From assembly GCF_009914755.1 (NCBI RefSeq), contig NC_060930.1: a stretch of 64,000 nucleotides of DNA; one strand, given 5' to 3'. How positions within the stretch are numbered: position 1 is the stretch's first letter; every line of letters starts with the position of its first letter. The translations under genes were made by a program, and so were the position numbers. Source of the DNA: the human T2T-CHM13v2.0 reference genome, Homo sapiens. Below are positions 28,711 to 44,513 of this stretch, piece by piece. The notes below the pieces were generated by a model that saw nothing but the letters and a program-made list of their open reading frames with translations, was not told the origin of the DNA and did no database searches.

Positions 28711-29029
28711 AGGAGAGGAGGGGAGGAGAGGGGGGGAGGGGGGAGGAGAGGGGATGGGGGAGGAGAGAGGGGAGGGGAGGGGGGAAGGGAGGGAAGTGGG
28801 GAGGGGAGGGGGGGAAGGGATGGGGAGGGAAGAGGGGTGGGGAGGGGAAGGGGGAAGGAGAGGGGGGAAGGAGAGGGGAGGGGGAAGGGGAGGAGGGAAG
28901 GAGTGGGGGAGGAGGGAAGGAGGGGGGGAGGAGGGAAGGAGGGGAGGGGGAAGGGGAGGGGAGGAGGGAAGGAGAGGGGAGGGGGGAGGGGACGGGGAGG
29001 AGACGGGGGAGGGGAGGGGAGGGGAGAGG
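28711..29029 (+). repeat. Polypurine (GGGGA/GGGAA)n low-complexity tract
   Basis: About 320 nt almost entirely G/A with many G3-G7 runs. Confidence 0.95.
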
Positions 29030-29090
29030 ATTTACTAATGTCCTACCCTGTGCCTAGTATGGAGCTAGGCTCAGTTAAGAATCTAAAAGA

Positions 29091-29396
29091 GGCCAGGCAT
29101 GGTGACTCATGTCTGTAATCCCAGCACTTGGGAGGCTAAGGTAGGAAGGTCACTTGAGGCCAGGAGTTTGAGACCAGCCTGGGCAACAAAGTGAAACCCT
29201 GTCTCTACAAAAAATAAAAATAAAAAAAATTTAGCCAAGCGTGGTATGTGTGACTATAGTCTCAGCTACTCAGGAGGCTGACGTGGGAGGATCATTTGAG
29301 TGTGGGACATCAAGGCTGCAGTGAGCTGTGATCATGCTATTGGACTCCAGCCTGGGTGACAGAGTGAGACCCTATCTCAAGTTAAAAAAAAAAAAA
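29091..29396 (+). mobile_element. AluJ
   Basis: TSD aagaatctaaaaga. Confidence 0.9.
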
Positions 29397-30113
29397 GAAT
29401 CTAAAAGAGAAGACATTCAAGAGGCCAGGACGAAACCTAAGGACTCAGTATCACCTAACTAGATGTTAGTGAGGAAAGACATGGGGAGAAAGGCTCTGAG
29501 AGAGGTGTGATTTTCAGAGGAGTGATGAATGAAAGGATAAATAAATACTTATTGAATGAAAGTTGGGGAAGACTTTTCAAAAAAGAAGTGAACCAGAAAG
29601 AGTGTAATGTTGAAAATCAGGGCTGATTCTCAGCCAGTGTGGTTAGTATGACCATACCATTGGCTAACTATTGAAATATACCTGTATTTGTTGGTAAAGA
29701 GCTGCTGCTAACTACTGTCCTCCACCACCACCAGTCTCCCCATGCACCAGCCCCTCCCTCCCCGAAGACCACTTAGCTCTCCCCATGATCTAGCAACTAA
29801 ATAAAATGACTCCTGACACAGTAGAGTGTCTCCAGGACCCTGCTCCAACTCTACTGCCAGCATTAGCAGTTCTCTATATCAGCTAATACTTATTAAGCAG
29901 CTTCTATATGTCAGGTACTTTATGGTGTGATTACAATTACCAAACACAACATTCATTTTGACTGATGAGAAAACAATTTTAAAGACATTGTGTAACCCAC
30001 CCATAGTGTAATGGAAAGAGCACCAGTCAGAATCTAGGCCTATTGGCTCTTAAACAAATGTTCTCTCTGTTATACAAAATAGAGGTAAAAGCAGCATTAA
30101 TTTGGTATTTATT

Positions 30114-30429
<316 letters not shown>

Positions 30430-30810
30430 TAATTTGGTATTTATTGATGAATACCTGTTGTTTCACCATTTGCTACTCCGTGTGGGTAAGATGTTTAACT
30501 GAGAACAGGATGAAGGCTGAGGAGAAGCAGTGAGATTTCTCAAACTGGTCTCTGAGATTGGTGTAGTTTCATGTTTCAACAGGGCACTATGTGTGGAAGG
30601 TGGACTGCAGCAGGCCAAACTACGGAAAGGATGCCTTGGAGGTTACCAAAGAGAAAAATAGGCACAGCTTAAAGTGATAACAGATACAGGGAATGGTTTT
30701 TGTGTTTGTTTTTGCTTTTTTCAAGGTTAGGGGATAATTAAACATAGTTAAAGGAAATGAGAGAAGAAAAGCTTAACAATTAAAGAGGAATTAGATCAAT
30801 AGTTTTCCTT

Positions 30811-31094
30811 GGCCAGGTATGATGGTGACACCTGTCATCCTAGCACTTTGGGAGGCTGAGATGGGAGGACTGCCTGAGGCCAGTAGTTCAAGACCAATGA
30901 GACCATGTCTCTACCAAAAAACTTTTTAATTAGCTGGGTGCAGTGGCATGTGCCTATAGTCCCAGCTACTCAGGAGGCTGAGGTGGGAGGATAGCTTGAG
31001 CCCAGGAGTTTGAGGCTACAGTGAGCTATGATCGTGCTACTGCGCTCCAGCCTGGGCAACAGAGAAAGACCGTGTCTCTTAAAAAAAAAAAAAA
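30811..31094 (+). mobile_element. AluJ
   Basis: TSD agttttcctt. Confidence 0.9.
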
Positions 31095-31678
31095 GTTTTC
31101 CTTCACATGAAGAAAAGATGTGTAAATTTGGAGAGAAAGAGAGAAAATCTGAGATATAAACAGTAATAATAATGCTAACACTTATTGAGTATTCTGTGTC
31201 AGGCTCTATTCTAAGAGCTATACAATAAGATCTTGATACTTTTCATCCCACATAAACTCAATGAGGTAGGTATCATTATTCTCATTGTAAAGATGAGAAA
31301 ACTGAGGAAGAGAGTGTAAGAAAGGTGGGAAGTTAAAGGAGACAATATGATTACAAGGTACAATAACATTAGCTACCCTTTAGTGAGTACTTATGAAGTG
31401 CCAGATGTGTATGCCCAGCACTTGGCATATATTAATTCATTGAATCCTAACAACCATGATATGACATTTATGCATTCAGTTGTATCATTTTTACTTCTCA
31501 GATGCATCAGCTTCCTAGGAATTATTTTGGAGGAAAAAAATTGTAGTCCCGGGGCCTGGACCCCAAAAGCAAAATTATACTGTTCTATTATTTCTTAATG
31601 AAAATGATTTGCTTACTATATTTTGCAGCTACCAGGAAGAGTGAAGCCACAAGCACTCTAAAAATCCAAAATTCTTAC

Positions 31679-31810
31679 CGTTAGGAGAATAATGCTTGGT
31701 GGTTTCATGGGATACTCTGGTGGCAGTACTATCCGCCCGTGATAAACTCCTCCATCAAAATCGGAGTCTGGGGGCCCTCTAACCGTGAAGTGCCATTCAA
31801 AAAGGTTATC
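31679..31810 (-). CDS. UBE2J1: UBE2J1 exon 3 (DNLFEWHFTVRGPPDSDFDGGVYHGRIVLPPEYPMKPPSIILLT)
   Basis: Canonical UBC core motifs; cag| acceptor and |gtaaga donor; 132 nt. Confidence 0.98.
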
Positions 31811-32509
31811 CTGAACAAAAACAATAATCCACAAGGAATTAATAATATTGAAAAGTTTGATCATTTTATCTGAATATTAGAAATATTACCAAGCAAGAAA
31901 AATTAAATGCTTTATATTATTGCTAGTATAGTTTCTAATGCATGAGATGTCTCGAGACTATAAGTGATAAATTAAATTTATAAGTAAAAGCTATTTAATC
32001 TAGCTTTCATGTTCCATTGAGCTAAAATATTTTATAATAAACACATTAAAAATTTCTGAGTGTTGTTATATATTCATAAGTAACTTACAGGTTTAAATTG
32101 GAAATTAATCCTTGAAAGAATAGCAAATTATGATAATTATATAATCAAAAAATTACTATGTTTGGGTTATTTTAACAAATCTTTAAAAATTATCCCTTAT
32201 AGATGCCTAAGAGCTTATTTATAAAATGGTAATACTAATATATTTAATGTCATCTTACAGTTACCATGTACTTTTCAGTTTACAAAATACTTGCACTTAA
32301 GTTATGATATTTTTATTCCCACTGTTACCATGAAAACCTGCCTGGGTATATTTAAATACCCTCCTTTTACAAATGAGAAGACTGAGAGAGGCCGAGATGT
32401 TTATACAAAAAGCCTTGAGTAGCTACGGAGACCCATCAAAAGGCTTCCAAACTGTAAAGTATCTGGGGTTCTTTCCACCTCCCCTCCCTCAGACTCAAGA
32501 TCTAACCTC

Positions 32510-32824
<315 letters not shown>

Positions 32825-33035
32825 TTAGCATCTGAGACCCATTTTATAAAGACCACAAAATCCGTTTCTTCTAAAGTGATTTGGAATGGCTAATGAAATA
32901 TTCATGAAATATGGTGAATAAAACGTCAAACTACATCACACACATCTGTAATGACTCAAAGCAATGAAAAGCAATTTTAAAAAATTTGTTTTAAATATTA
33001 AAATCCATATGAAGAACATGGAGATAGAAACTAAC

Positions 33036-33109
33036 CTCTAAAGGCTGCGCATGGTAATGATCTGTTGGATCTTTCAATTCTGCCGCTTCTTTCATTAAAC
33101 GTTTAACAG
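33036..33109 (-). CDS. UBE2J1: UBE2J1 exon 2 (AVKRLMKEAAELKDPTDHYHAQPLE)
   Basis: ttttag| acceptor, GAG|gttag donor; 74 nt; UBC helix 1. Confidence 0.97.
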
Positions 33110-33369
33110 CTAAAATAAAATTCATAAAATAGAGATATTTAAAATATACTTTTCTGAATGATTAGCACAGTCTTACGAGCCTAATGAAAAAATGTGTAGA
33201 GAACTAGTGCAAATGAGCATATGGCAAAGGTTTAATTATAAGATTATGGGAATAAATAGAGGGGGAGAGGAAGGAAACAGTTGCTAGGCATTAACACTTT
33301 AAAAGAGTTATATATTAAATATATAGTGAAGACACTATTTTTATTTAATAAGTACTTATATATACTTCC

Positions 33370-33560
33370 TATATGGTGGTATTTATTGAAGTGCTTTTAC
33401 AGACATTAATAACTCATTTAACCCTTAATACAACATTACTAGATAGGTATTATTTTTATCCCCATTTTCCAGATGAAGAAGCCGAGACACGGAGAGATTA
33501 TATAGTCACACAGCTAGTAAATGACAGAGATGGGATTCCAACACAGGCAATTTGGCTCTA
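33370..33560 (-). mobile_element. MIR
   Basis: tatccccattttccagatgaagaagccgag...gtcacacagctagtaaatg core. Confidence 0.75.
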
Positions 33561-34365
33561 CCTGTTAAAATGTCTTTATTAACAAAAAATGTATTCTCTG
33601 GATCTCATGCTCGGTGAACAGGAAACACCTCTATATCCTCCAACTCTTGGGACTTTCCATCCACTATCTTGCATTAAATGAATGGACTGTCCCCTGAATT
33701 CACTGACTCTCCAAAGCCCCGATGAAATTCCTTCTTGAAATGATCCTTCAGCTTCACTAAAACCTCCAGTCCACTGACCCCACAACTTTCTTCACCCCTC
33801 CTATACTTATATTCATTTTCCTCTTTATCCACACCCTTGGCTCTTAGGAGTCCCTCTTGTACACTCCCTTAATAAAATCCAACTGTGCCTGACCCAACCC
33901 AACCATCTTATTTGCTGTCTATACCCAAACAGCTGAGCATCACTGAAAGGAGGAAAAAAAGTCAGAGAGGATGGTGCAGTAATGCCATTACAAGTCATTA
34001 CCAACAACCTCTACTGGGATACAATGCCACCTAATGTCCCCACATTTCTCTAGTAGGCCTTCCAGCCTACTCTTTCCACCTAGCACTCCAAGATTATTTC
34101 CCACCTAGTCTAATTTCTCCTCTCTTTCAGTTAATGGCACCCAGCTTTTTATCTCCCTGATGAATGACTGCTAGCAGGAGCTGCTCAGATGCCTATCACA
34201 ATCTACAATCCTATCTGTATCTGCACCCTCTGTCTTCTATTGGCTCTCAAAATTCAATCCTTTGATATGCACTCTGGATCCCAACCCCTCTCATTTCAAG
34301 CTTTTGGTGCTAAAACATGTCAGGATACTGCAGTGGGATGGCTGAGTTAGGGAAAAGGCTTCTCA

Positions 34366-35528
<1,163 letters not shown>

Positions 35529-38305
35529 AAAAAAAAGTTGTTACTATCCTACTTCACAATTATTAATATTCTTTTCCATTTCTTACTCTGAACTAAGCCC
35601 CTATATGCAGAGACTTTGTTCACTGGATCATCAACTATTTCTTGAGTTCCTACTAGGTACTAGATGCTACAGCTTCATGCGTAAACAAAATATGGCTTTG
35701 GTCACTAAAGACTTACGGCTGGGAGGTGCAGTCAATACAAAACAGAATGATAAATGCTATATTAGAAATATGTACATACTGAGACACCCTCTCCCTCCAA
35801 GTCTAGAGACTGGGCTTTGGTCAATTCCCTGAACACACTTTACCTCCCCTCCACTCTCAGCCTTTCTATACAGCTTTCCTCAGGGCCCAGGCTGCTCCGG
35901 CCCCATCCTCCGCCTCACCGTCTAGTCTGGCTACCCTAGACCTTTAAGTAACTTCTCAGGAATGTCTCTATGACACCTTCCCTGGTTGCCCCCTGCCCCC
36001 CACCCCCTACAGTGCTTGGAGATTTCAATCTGGGCAGATCAAAATCTCTGAGGCGTCCTAGGGAGGGGTAGAGACTAGGAATGCTCTCTGAATTACTCTG
36101 GTTAGGTTTAGAAACCACTGCCCTAGAGACCAGGTTGAGTCTCCTTGCTCTATGCCATCATAACACTGTATTTTTCCTCTTATGAAGTTCATCTCACTTG
36201 TAATTACTTGTTTAATATCTGTTTTTCCTGCTAAGCAATAGTAATGACAGTGTAGCTGTAGCAGTACAGTCTCCTCAGGGCTTAGCACATGGTAAGTACT
36301 CAAATATTAGTTGAATTAAATTTTACTATCTTCTCTCAACATAGCTCTCAGAATCCGATTAAAGGCAATGGTTTTTAAACTTACTTAATAAAACAATTAA
36401 ACTTATTTAATAAAACAAAATCCTTCATTCAAAGAAAGCTTAATGAGAACCCCAACAGGTGAAACAAAAACCACAGAGCCGCTTTGGTTGCAGAGGCCAG
36501 TGGAAGGGCCTGCGGACTATCTACTCCCTGTCCTTCCATTTCACTCCTGAAGGGACCCATAGAACAAAGATGGAAAACCCTGCTTTAAAGCCACATAAAC
36601 ATATCATTCCTTTAAGTTAATATTATTAGATAGAAATGCAATTATGGAAGCTGTTATGAAGTTAATTAGTTTGGAGATGCCAAAAAGATTGTTTTTCCTT
36701 CATTCCTCGTCAACTGGCTGAACTCAATAATGATTAAGCTGAAGTCAGATTTTATGTCATTCTATACCCTTATCGCATTTTCTCTGCCTCTTCCCTACTC
36801 AGTTCAGTTCAACAGGAGAGAAGAAAATAAACACTCAAAACTTGTACCTGGATATTATGAGAGATGTATAAAGGGTCAGAATTGTTATAAGAATGTATCT
36901 GTACCAATCCTGTAAAGGAACAATCATTGGTTCAACAGCTAAATAGCTAATTAGTTCATAAGTCACTCAGGCACATACCATGTAAGAGCTAAGGTCATGT
37001 AGCCAAAAGGTGAGATTAGTCTCTTGTTTCCATAAGCTATTTTTTTTGCAAAAATAACATATATTATGAATGCTTCAGTGAAAAGAAACAGGGACTCGAT
37101 TTAGAGCTGCATTAAAATTCTGACTCTGACATTTTGTAGCTCTAAGTCCTTGAACAAGTCACTTGATCTGATGTTTACATCTGTCAAATAAGAGTCAATA
37201 ATTTCTCCACAAAATTCTCCTTTCCTTTTCACCCCTCCTTCCTGCCCAGTCCCTGAGTCATTAAGGTTGAAAATGGACTGGTATATAAGGCCTTCTCAAT
37301 GATTCTTCCTAACTCAAAACCATGCCTCAGCAGATTTCGCTGGCCTTATGATATGGCTCCCTGGCTCCTGAGGAGAAATACCACTGTTAGGAAACAGTCA
37401 TGGTTCACAGTGCTGCCTGGCAAGCGGGCTACAGCATAGTCTGCCCCTCCTGATACTCCATCTCTTGCTTCTACATGGCTAGAGAGGAAACTTTTATTCC
37501 AGCTCCTCTCCTATCTCTTGGAAAGGTTTTTCCATGGAATCCTTTCACTGTGGTGAGATAAGATGTGCCAGGAAAGGAAGGGGTGGCACCTGGATGCCTG
37601 CTCTTGTTCTTCTTTCTTATAGAGGCCACATGGACACTCTGGAGCCATGCTCTAGGTGCTGTGGGCCTAGGCATTAGCATTCTTCACACACCTTGGCTAG
37701 CTCACTAGCCTCACATTGGGGTTTGTATACAGCTAAAAATAAAGGGATCTTCTACAGGCCACTGCTTCCCATATATGGATTCCTCTTCAAAAGCAATTAT
37801 CTTGATATTATCAATTCCCAAAGCATGAGTGAAATGCAGGAGACAGGTATATTAAGGAAGGCATGCTCCCTAACTGCCTCTTCCTGCTCCCATAATGAAG
37901 GTACTTAAGCAAATGCCTACAGAGTGATGTTTCTGCCCAGGAGGACCCTGCAAATGTATCAGTTCAACAAACATTTAAAGAATGTCTGAGTGTTGGAGAT
38001 AAAACAATGACCAAGACCTGCTTCTTGTCTTCCGTAACAGTCAGTAGAGAAAGACATGAAAATAATTACAACCAAGTGGTAATATTGACCAAGTATATAT
38101 GTACAAGTATATATAGGAACTACTTTAGTCTGCCTAGGGGAGCTAGACAAGGCTGAACCTTAAAGCTTGAAGAACTATAGGAATTTCAGATGGATTTAAA
38201 GGAAGGCATTCTAAGCAGAGGTTCCAACAGGAACCAAAGCACCTAAGTGAGAAAAGCTACTCCAGCTAGAGAGTCATTCAGGCAAAATGGATAGGTAAAA
38301 ATGCA

Positions 38306-38592
38306 GGCCTGGTGCAGTGGCTCTCACCTGTAATCTCACCACTTTGGGAAGCCAAGGTGGAGGGAACACTTGAGCTCAGGCGTTTGAGACCAGCCTGGGC
38401 AACATGGTGAAACCCTCGTCTCTACAAAAAATACACAAATTAGCTGGGTGTGGTGGCACACACCTGTGGTCCCTGCTACTCGGGAGGCAGAGGTGGAAGA
38501 ATCACTTCAGCCCAGGAGGTTGAGGCTGTAGTGAGCTGTGATGGCACCACTGCACTCCAGGCTGGGAGACCCTGCCTCAAAAAAAAAGAAAA
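38306..38592 (+). mobile_element. AluJ
   Basis: Diverged dimer. Confidence 0.9.
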
Positions 38593-39311
38593 TGAGGAAG
38601 AGCATAAGAGTGGTGGACAGTGAGGCTGGTGAGGAAGGGCAGGGTCAATCATGAGCAGCCCTGTAGGCCAAGCTAAGCAGTTTACTTTGAACTTTATTGA
38701 CAGCTATCAGAAAGCTACTGAAAATTTTTCAATTTGGGGGTAATCAGTTTTTGTTTTGATTGATCTGGTGACAACAGTGACTGATTAGATATATGTGTTT
38801 CTGTGTGTGTATTGAGTTGTGTGTTTCAGGGCAGGGATGGAGCAAGGAAGCGACCAAGAAATAAAAAATGACTCCCATAGGTGCCTGAGTGCTGTCTATC
38901 CCTGAGATATGAAATACTAGGGTAAACTGCAAGTTTAGGGGAGGAGAAGAAAACTGATGAGTTTTGTCTTTATACTTACAGAGATTTTTTTCACTCTATG
39001 GGAAATGAAGATGTTGAGTCACCATAAGTTCTGTGTATCTATAGCTTACGAGAAGGGCCTGAGTTGGACATGAAACCTTGAGTGGATTAGTGGGAAGGTG
39101 CAGTTGACACCAATGGCATGGATAGGTAACTCTTAGACTTCTGGTGGAGGCAGTGGGTACTTTTGCACCAGTCTCTTATACTCCCACCACCTGCTGCACA
39201 TGTCAATGGCCCCCTGATGAAGAAGCTGCCAAAGGAGGTGCTTTATACACATTTCTTCACTTTGTACTATAAGACCCTACTTCCTTGGCCAGAGCAGACC
39301 CAAACACGGGT

Positions 39312-39480
39312 CAAGTAGCTTGATCCATAGACAACTATTGACAGATTATAGACAAGTAGCATGATCCATAGACAACTACTGACAAATCCATAGACAACTA
39401 CTGCTACTACAGTAGCAGATCCATAGACAACTACTGACAACTACCACAGACAACTACTGTGAGGTGATCCTACACAACAG
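39312..39480 (+). repeat. Complex imperfect tandem repeat of GATCCATAGACAACTACTGACA
   Basis: Four near-complete copies plus fragments. Confidence 0.85.
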
Positions 39481-40383
39481 CTCTATCCATAATCACAAGT
39501 CCATTCCAAAAAAAAACCATAAAGCAAAAAGTTTCCCCACCTATGAAATGAAAAAATTTACTATATCCACATGCTAGTACACTGGCCCTTAACCAGCTAT
39601 CTGTATTGTCTTCACTTAATCTTTCCACTCATACATCAAAGACAATCCCACATCAGATAAAGAGTAAAAGATTATATCCCTCACATTGTGTGGTTGTTTT
39701 TTGTTTGTCTGGTATGTTGGTATTTTACGTGTGTGTGTGTGTGCACCCTGCCATACACAGGAAATTGGAGTTTTCAGTTGCTCCCCTTCACACAGGCATT
39801 ACTCTAAAAATACCACAGGACTGAGAATAAAGCAAAGGAAGGAAGTATTTTCACAATGCCTCCCAGCATTTTCAGTAAGTCCCATATCTTACCTAATTCA
39901 ACTTCTCCATGAACTCCAAATAATTCACACACTAACAAAAATAGATTTTTAAGAAGCATTGTGTTTTTTTTTTTAGAGCAGCAACACTATCTTTGAGGAA
40001 ATGAAACCAGAAAAAGGAAGCAATTTATGACACAGCTAGAAGCATGTCAACCAAAGCTCAACCAGCTGACAATAGTTCACATACTTTGGAAATATACAAA
40101 ATTCTGGAGATTTTTAAAAGCTTATCATCATAGTATTAAGTCTAACCTATCGAAATTGAGCGATGTTTTCTGACAACAATCTCTTGGGTTCCACCAGTTC
40201 TCCATTCTAAACTGCACTACTACTCACATGTGCATTATCCTCTGGACCTTTCACTAAGCACCTCTGCTGTCCTAAGGAACCGTGTGACCAGGGAGCCACC
40301 ATACATTTTTACCCAAACAGCTCCAGTTAAATATACCACAATGTAAATAATTCAATCATTTTACCATCTAGCTTAAAAATTAA

Positions 40384-40749
<366 letters not shown>

Positions 40750-41908
40750 TAAGGAGTCAGTGGCTCCTAAAATATTATGACCAGTTCTACACACTTGGTC
40801 ACCTAAGGACATTTCTTAGCCTGACAGCACTCAGGCTAACAAAGCTCCCTCCAATCAATATCCTCAGGCTTTTCTGGGGTTTTTGCATATTCTGAAACCT
40901 TACAAAAAACCCAAAGATTCACAGTGTCAACTCTTTCCACAAGGATGCTAGTCTTGCTAATTCCTACTGAGAAACAGCTTTTTTTGGAAGGAAATTTTAA
41001 GCAACAGCAAAAGTTGGTGAAATCATCACTAATATCCTAGAGTTTATCATGCAGAGTTAACTGTGGAGTTTCTTCCCCCTGACAAAATGTATCAAGGTAC
41101 AGATAGAAAAAATACCATTTAGAGGATCCAATGATTCATTTCAAGCCTGTTTTATTAAGCTGAGAAAGCTAGTTGCTTATCTTTATAATGCACCAGAAAG
41201 TAATTAGAGGCTAGGATTGCTGGGACTGCTTGTGTAAATATAAAGCAGGATCATTAAATGCAGGAAAGGAATCGCTACGACTGAATACAGATACATTTCA
41301 TATTAGCCAGTCTGGCAAAAATCAAGGTTAGCTCTCAAGAACAGGGCTCAACGAGGTGTTTTTTTGTTGTTGTTTTGTTTTGCTTTAGCTCTATAGTTAA
41401 CTGGTTTAGTTACAGAACATTTCCTTTATGTCTGTAATTGTATTCGCCCAAGTGCTGCAAATAGGATATTTAAACGACCAACTCCTCAAATGTGAGTAAA
41501 TCAGCCGGCAGTAAATAGAAGTAAATAGAAGTCCGGTGGCAGCGACAGGGAGGGAATAGCGACCAGGTACAGCGAGGGGGTTGATGACTATCGCCCACCG
41601 ACATCACCTTTACACCTGTTCTCAGGGATGAGTTTCTGACCCAGCTCTACGGGACCAGGCGAAGATGAGAAAAGGGAGAGGCTGGGTGCTGCGGGGCGCG
41701 CTGGCCGGCCGGGGGATTGGCAGCGGACGTCCACCCGGCCACCTCGCCCTGCGGCCTGTACTTCCCGGGCAGGCGGCGGTCTCGCGTAGAGCGCGAAACC
41801 AGGAGCTGAGCCGCGAGTGGCGCCAGACGCGAGGGGACCGAGGCGGCGACCACCCCGGGGTCCAGGGTCACTCCGCCCTCCTCGCCCAGGGGCCCCAGCC
41901 CTGCTCAC

Positions 41909-41939
41909 CCGGACTCTTCAGGTTGTAGCGGGTCTCCAT
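41909..41939 (-). CDS. UBE2J1: Ubiquitin-conjugating enzyme E2 J1, exon 1 (METRYNLKSP)
   Basis: Strong Kozak context CCCACCATGG; donor CCGG|gtgagc; 31 nt. Confidence 0.97.
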
Positions 41940-42315
41940 GGTGGGTCGCTGGCTTGGCTCCGGCCTCCCGGGCCGCTGCCACCTCCTCTCCACGCGGCCG
42001 CTGCCCGGGTCTCAGCGCGGCTCGGGCGGACGGGGCCTGGCCGAGGAGCCTCGGCAAATGCCGCCCAGTCCAGCCTGGACTGCGGGCGGGGTGGCAAGGC
42101 TGAGTGCGGGCGAGGCGCTCGCTTCGCGATGGCGCCGCCTCCTCCACTGCGCCCCCGCCTCCCTGAGTGCCTGGCAGGCACCGGCGCCGGCCGGGGCGGC
42201 GCTGAACCGGGCGCCCGGGCTGGAGGTCAGCCTCCTCGGGTAGTCGCAGGCCCAGCCCTGCCGCGGCCGCCCGGCTTGCGTCACCCGCCCTCGTCCGGGA
42301 TTTGTGAAGTTGCCC

Positions 42316-42325
42316 TGACGTGGCA
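42316..42325 (+). promoter_or_regulatory. UPRE (XBP1s/ATF6/CREB3-type site) TGACGTGGCA
   Basis: Exact TGACGTGG core about 380 bp upstream of the UBE2J1 ATG. Confidence 0.7.
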
Positions 42326-42601
42326 GTAGCTTCGTGGCGGTCGGTCACTACCCAGCCGCCGCCCGCCCGGCGAAGCCGGCTTGGGGAGGTGCAGGAGCGA
42401 GCGGCGTCCTCGTCCTCTCGTCCCGGCCCTGCCCGCTGTAGGCGAGGTCCGGGACCCCCGGGCCCTCGAGAGCTCGGAGGGGGCGCCGGGCTCCGGCTGC
42501 AAAGCTGTCCGCAGCCGGCTGCCCGCGCGCGGTCCCGCAGGGTCTGGGAAAGGCTTTGTTTTTAGATTCAGTTGCTGTTGCGAGGGGCGGGGGTTAAGTG
42601 A

Positions 42602-42985
<384 letters not shown>

Positions 42986-43964
42986 TAGTGTGTTAGGTGC
43001 ACGACATGTTTTAGGCATTGCAGGAGTTTTGTTTTTTTTGGTTTGTTTAGATGTAAAAGCTGTCAAAAAAAGGAATTACATTTAATGTGAGGGAAAGCAT
43101 ACAAATATGAAAGGTTAAACTTCAAAGGACACACTTACTGCTTCATTGTCCAATGTGTGGGATCGAGAGAGGACTGAGTTCAAAAGACTTAAGGAGTAGG
43201 GACCTTACTAAAGGAAAGGAGGGAGGGATTGGGAAGGTGGGGAGGATAGAAAGGGTTAATCAGGTTGGGCAAGTTTTATTCTGTTATATAAAGACATAAA
43301 CTCTTAAATTTGATTTGTTTTCTATTGTTAAAGTTAATCTAAATCTGTGAGTTTCTTGATGAAATTGGGAGTAAAAAAGTGAAGGATATCTAAAATTAGA
43401 TGGTATATTTTAAATCATTCCCTGATGTTGTTTTCTGTATAGTAAACTGATAATCTGACTGACTGAGATATGCAAACAAAACCAAACTCCAATGCTGCTT
43501 CATTCATTCATTGTGTTGAATCTTCAGATTAACTGACACTTGACACCCTCTCCTGCCACAGCTCTACAAAAGCCCCTAATTTGTGCAGTAGGCCCTACCA
43601 CAGCAAGGCCTGCAAAGCAGGTGCTGTATATAATGCGTTCCTATTTGATAGCTGAGTACTAGAAGCCTTTTGCTATTCAGCCTCCAAGGTCCATCAATCT
43701 CTGGGTGCAGTTGTCCTCTGGGGCTCTCCTTTAGCCACCACCACCTCCACTGCTCCCTGGGGCTCTTCTCCCATAGGACTGGTTCAGTAGGAATAACAAT
43801 CTCTCCTTCCTTGGTTAACAACAATAACAACAATTTATTGTGGACATGTGCCCATAACAATTTAATTATGGGCACATATCAAAGCTTAATTACAATCATG
43901 CTCCAAGATCAAAGCCAATTCCAAAATTTCTCTCAGCAGAGACATTTACAGAGAAAAGAGAAGT

Positions 43965-44513
43965 GGCTGGCAGGTGTGGTGGCTCATGCCTGTAATCCCA
44001 GCACTTTGGGAGGCCAAGGCGGGCAGGTCACCTGAGGTCAGGAGTTGGAGACCAGCCTGGCCAACATGGCAAAAACCTGTCTCTACTAAAAATACAAAAA
44101 TTAGCTGGGTGTGGTGGTGCATGCCTGTAATCCCAGCTTCTCGGGAGGCTGAGGTAGGAGAATCACTTGAACCCAGAAGGCGGAGGTTGCAGTGAGCCGA
44201 GATCAACCTGGGCGACAGAATGAGACTCCATCTCAAAAAAAAAAAAAAAAAAAAAGGCCAAGGTGGGCAGATCACTTGAGCTCAGGAATTCGAGATCAGC
44301 CTGAGCAACATGGTGACACCCATCTCTACTAAAAATATACACACACTCAAAAATTAGCCGGGCATACGTACCTGTGGTCCCAGCTACTCTGGAGGCTGAG
44401 AAGGGAGGATCAGTTGAGCTCTGGGGGATGGAAGAGGAGGAGCAGGCTGCAGTGAGTCATGATGGTGCCACTGCACTCCAGCCTGGGTGATAGAGCGAGA
44501 CCCTGTCTCAAAA
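43965..44513 (+). mobile_element. AluS (43965-44255) followed by partial AluJ (44256-44513)
   Basis: Two Alu bodies separated by poly-A. Confidence 0.9.

Larger units (their letters stand above)
41560..42600. promoter_or_regulatory. CpG island / UBE2J1 promoter and 5' UTR
   Basis: Very GC- and CpG-rich block spanning exon 1, with multiple GC boxes. Confidence 0.93.

Noticed and set aside
28641-29118. Three overlapping Gly/Glu/Arg-rich ORFs
   Set aside because: Artefact of a stop-free polypurine tract; no coding context
39312-39480. CRISPR-like repeat-spacer array
   Set aside because: Human intron, irregular spacing, spacers derived from the repeat, no cas genes
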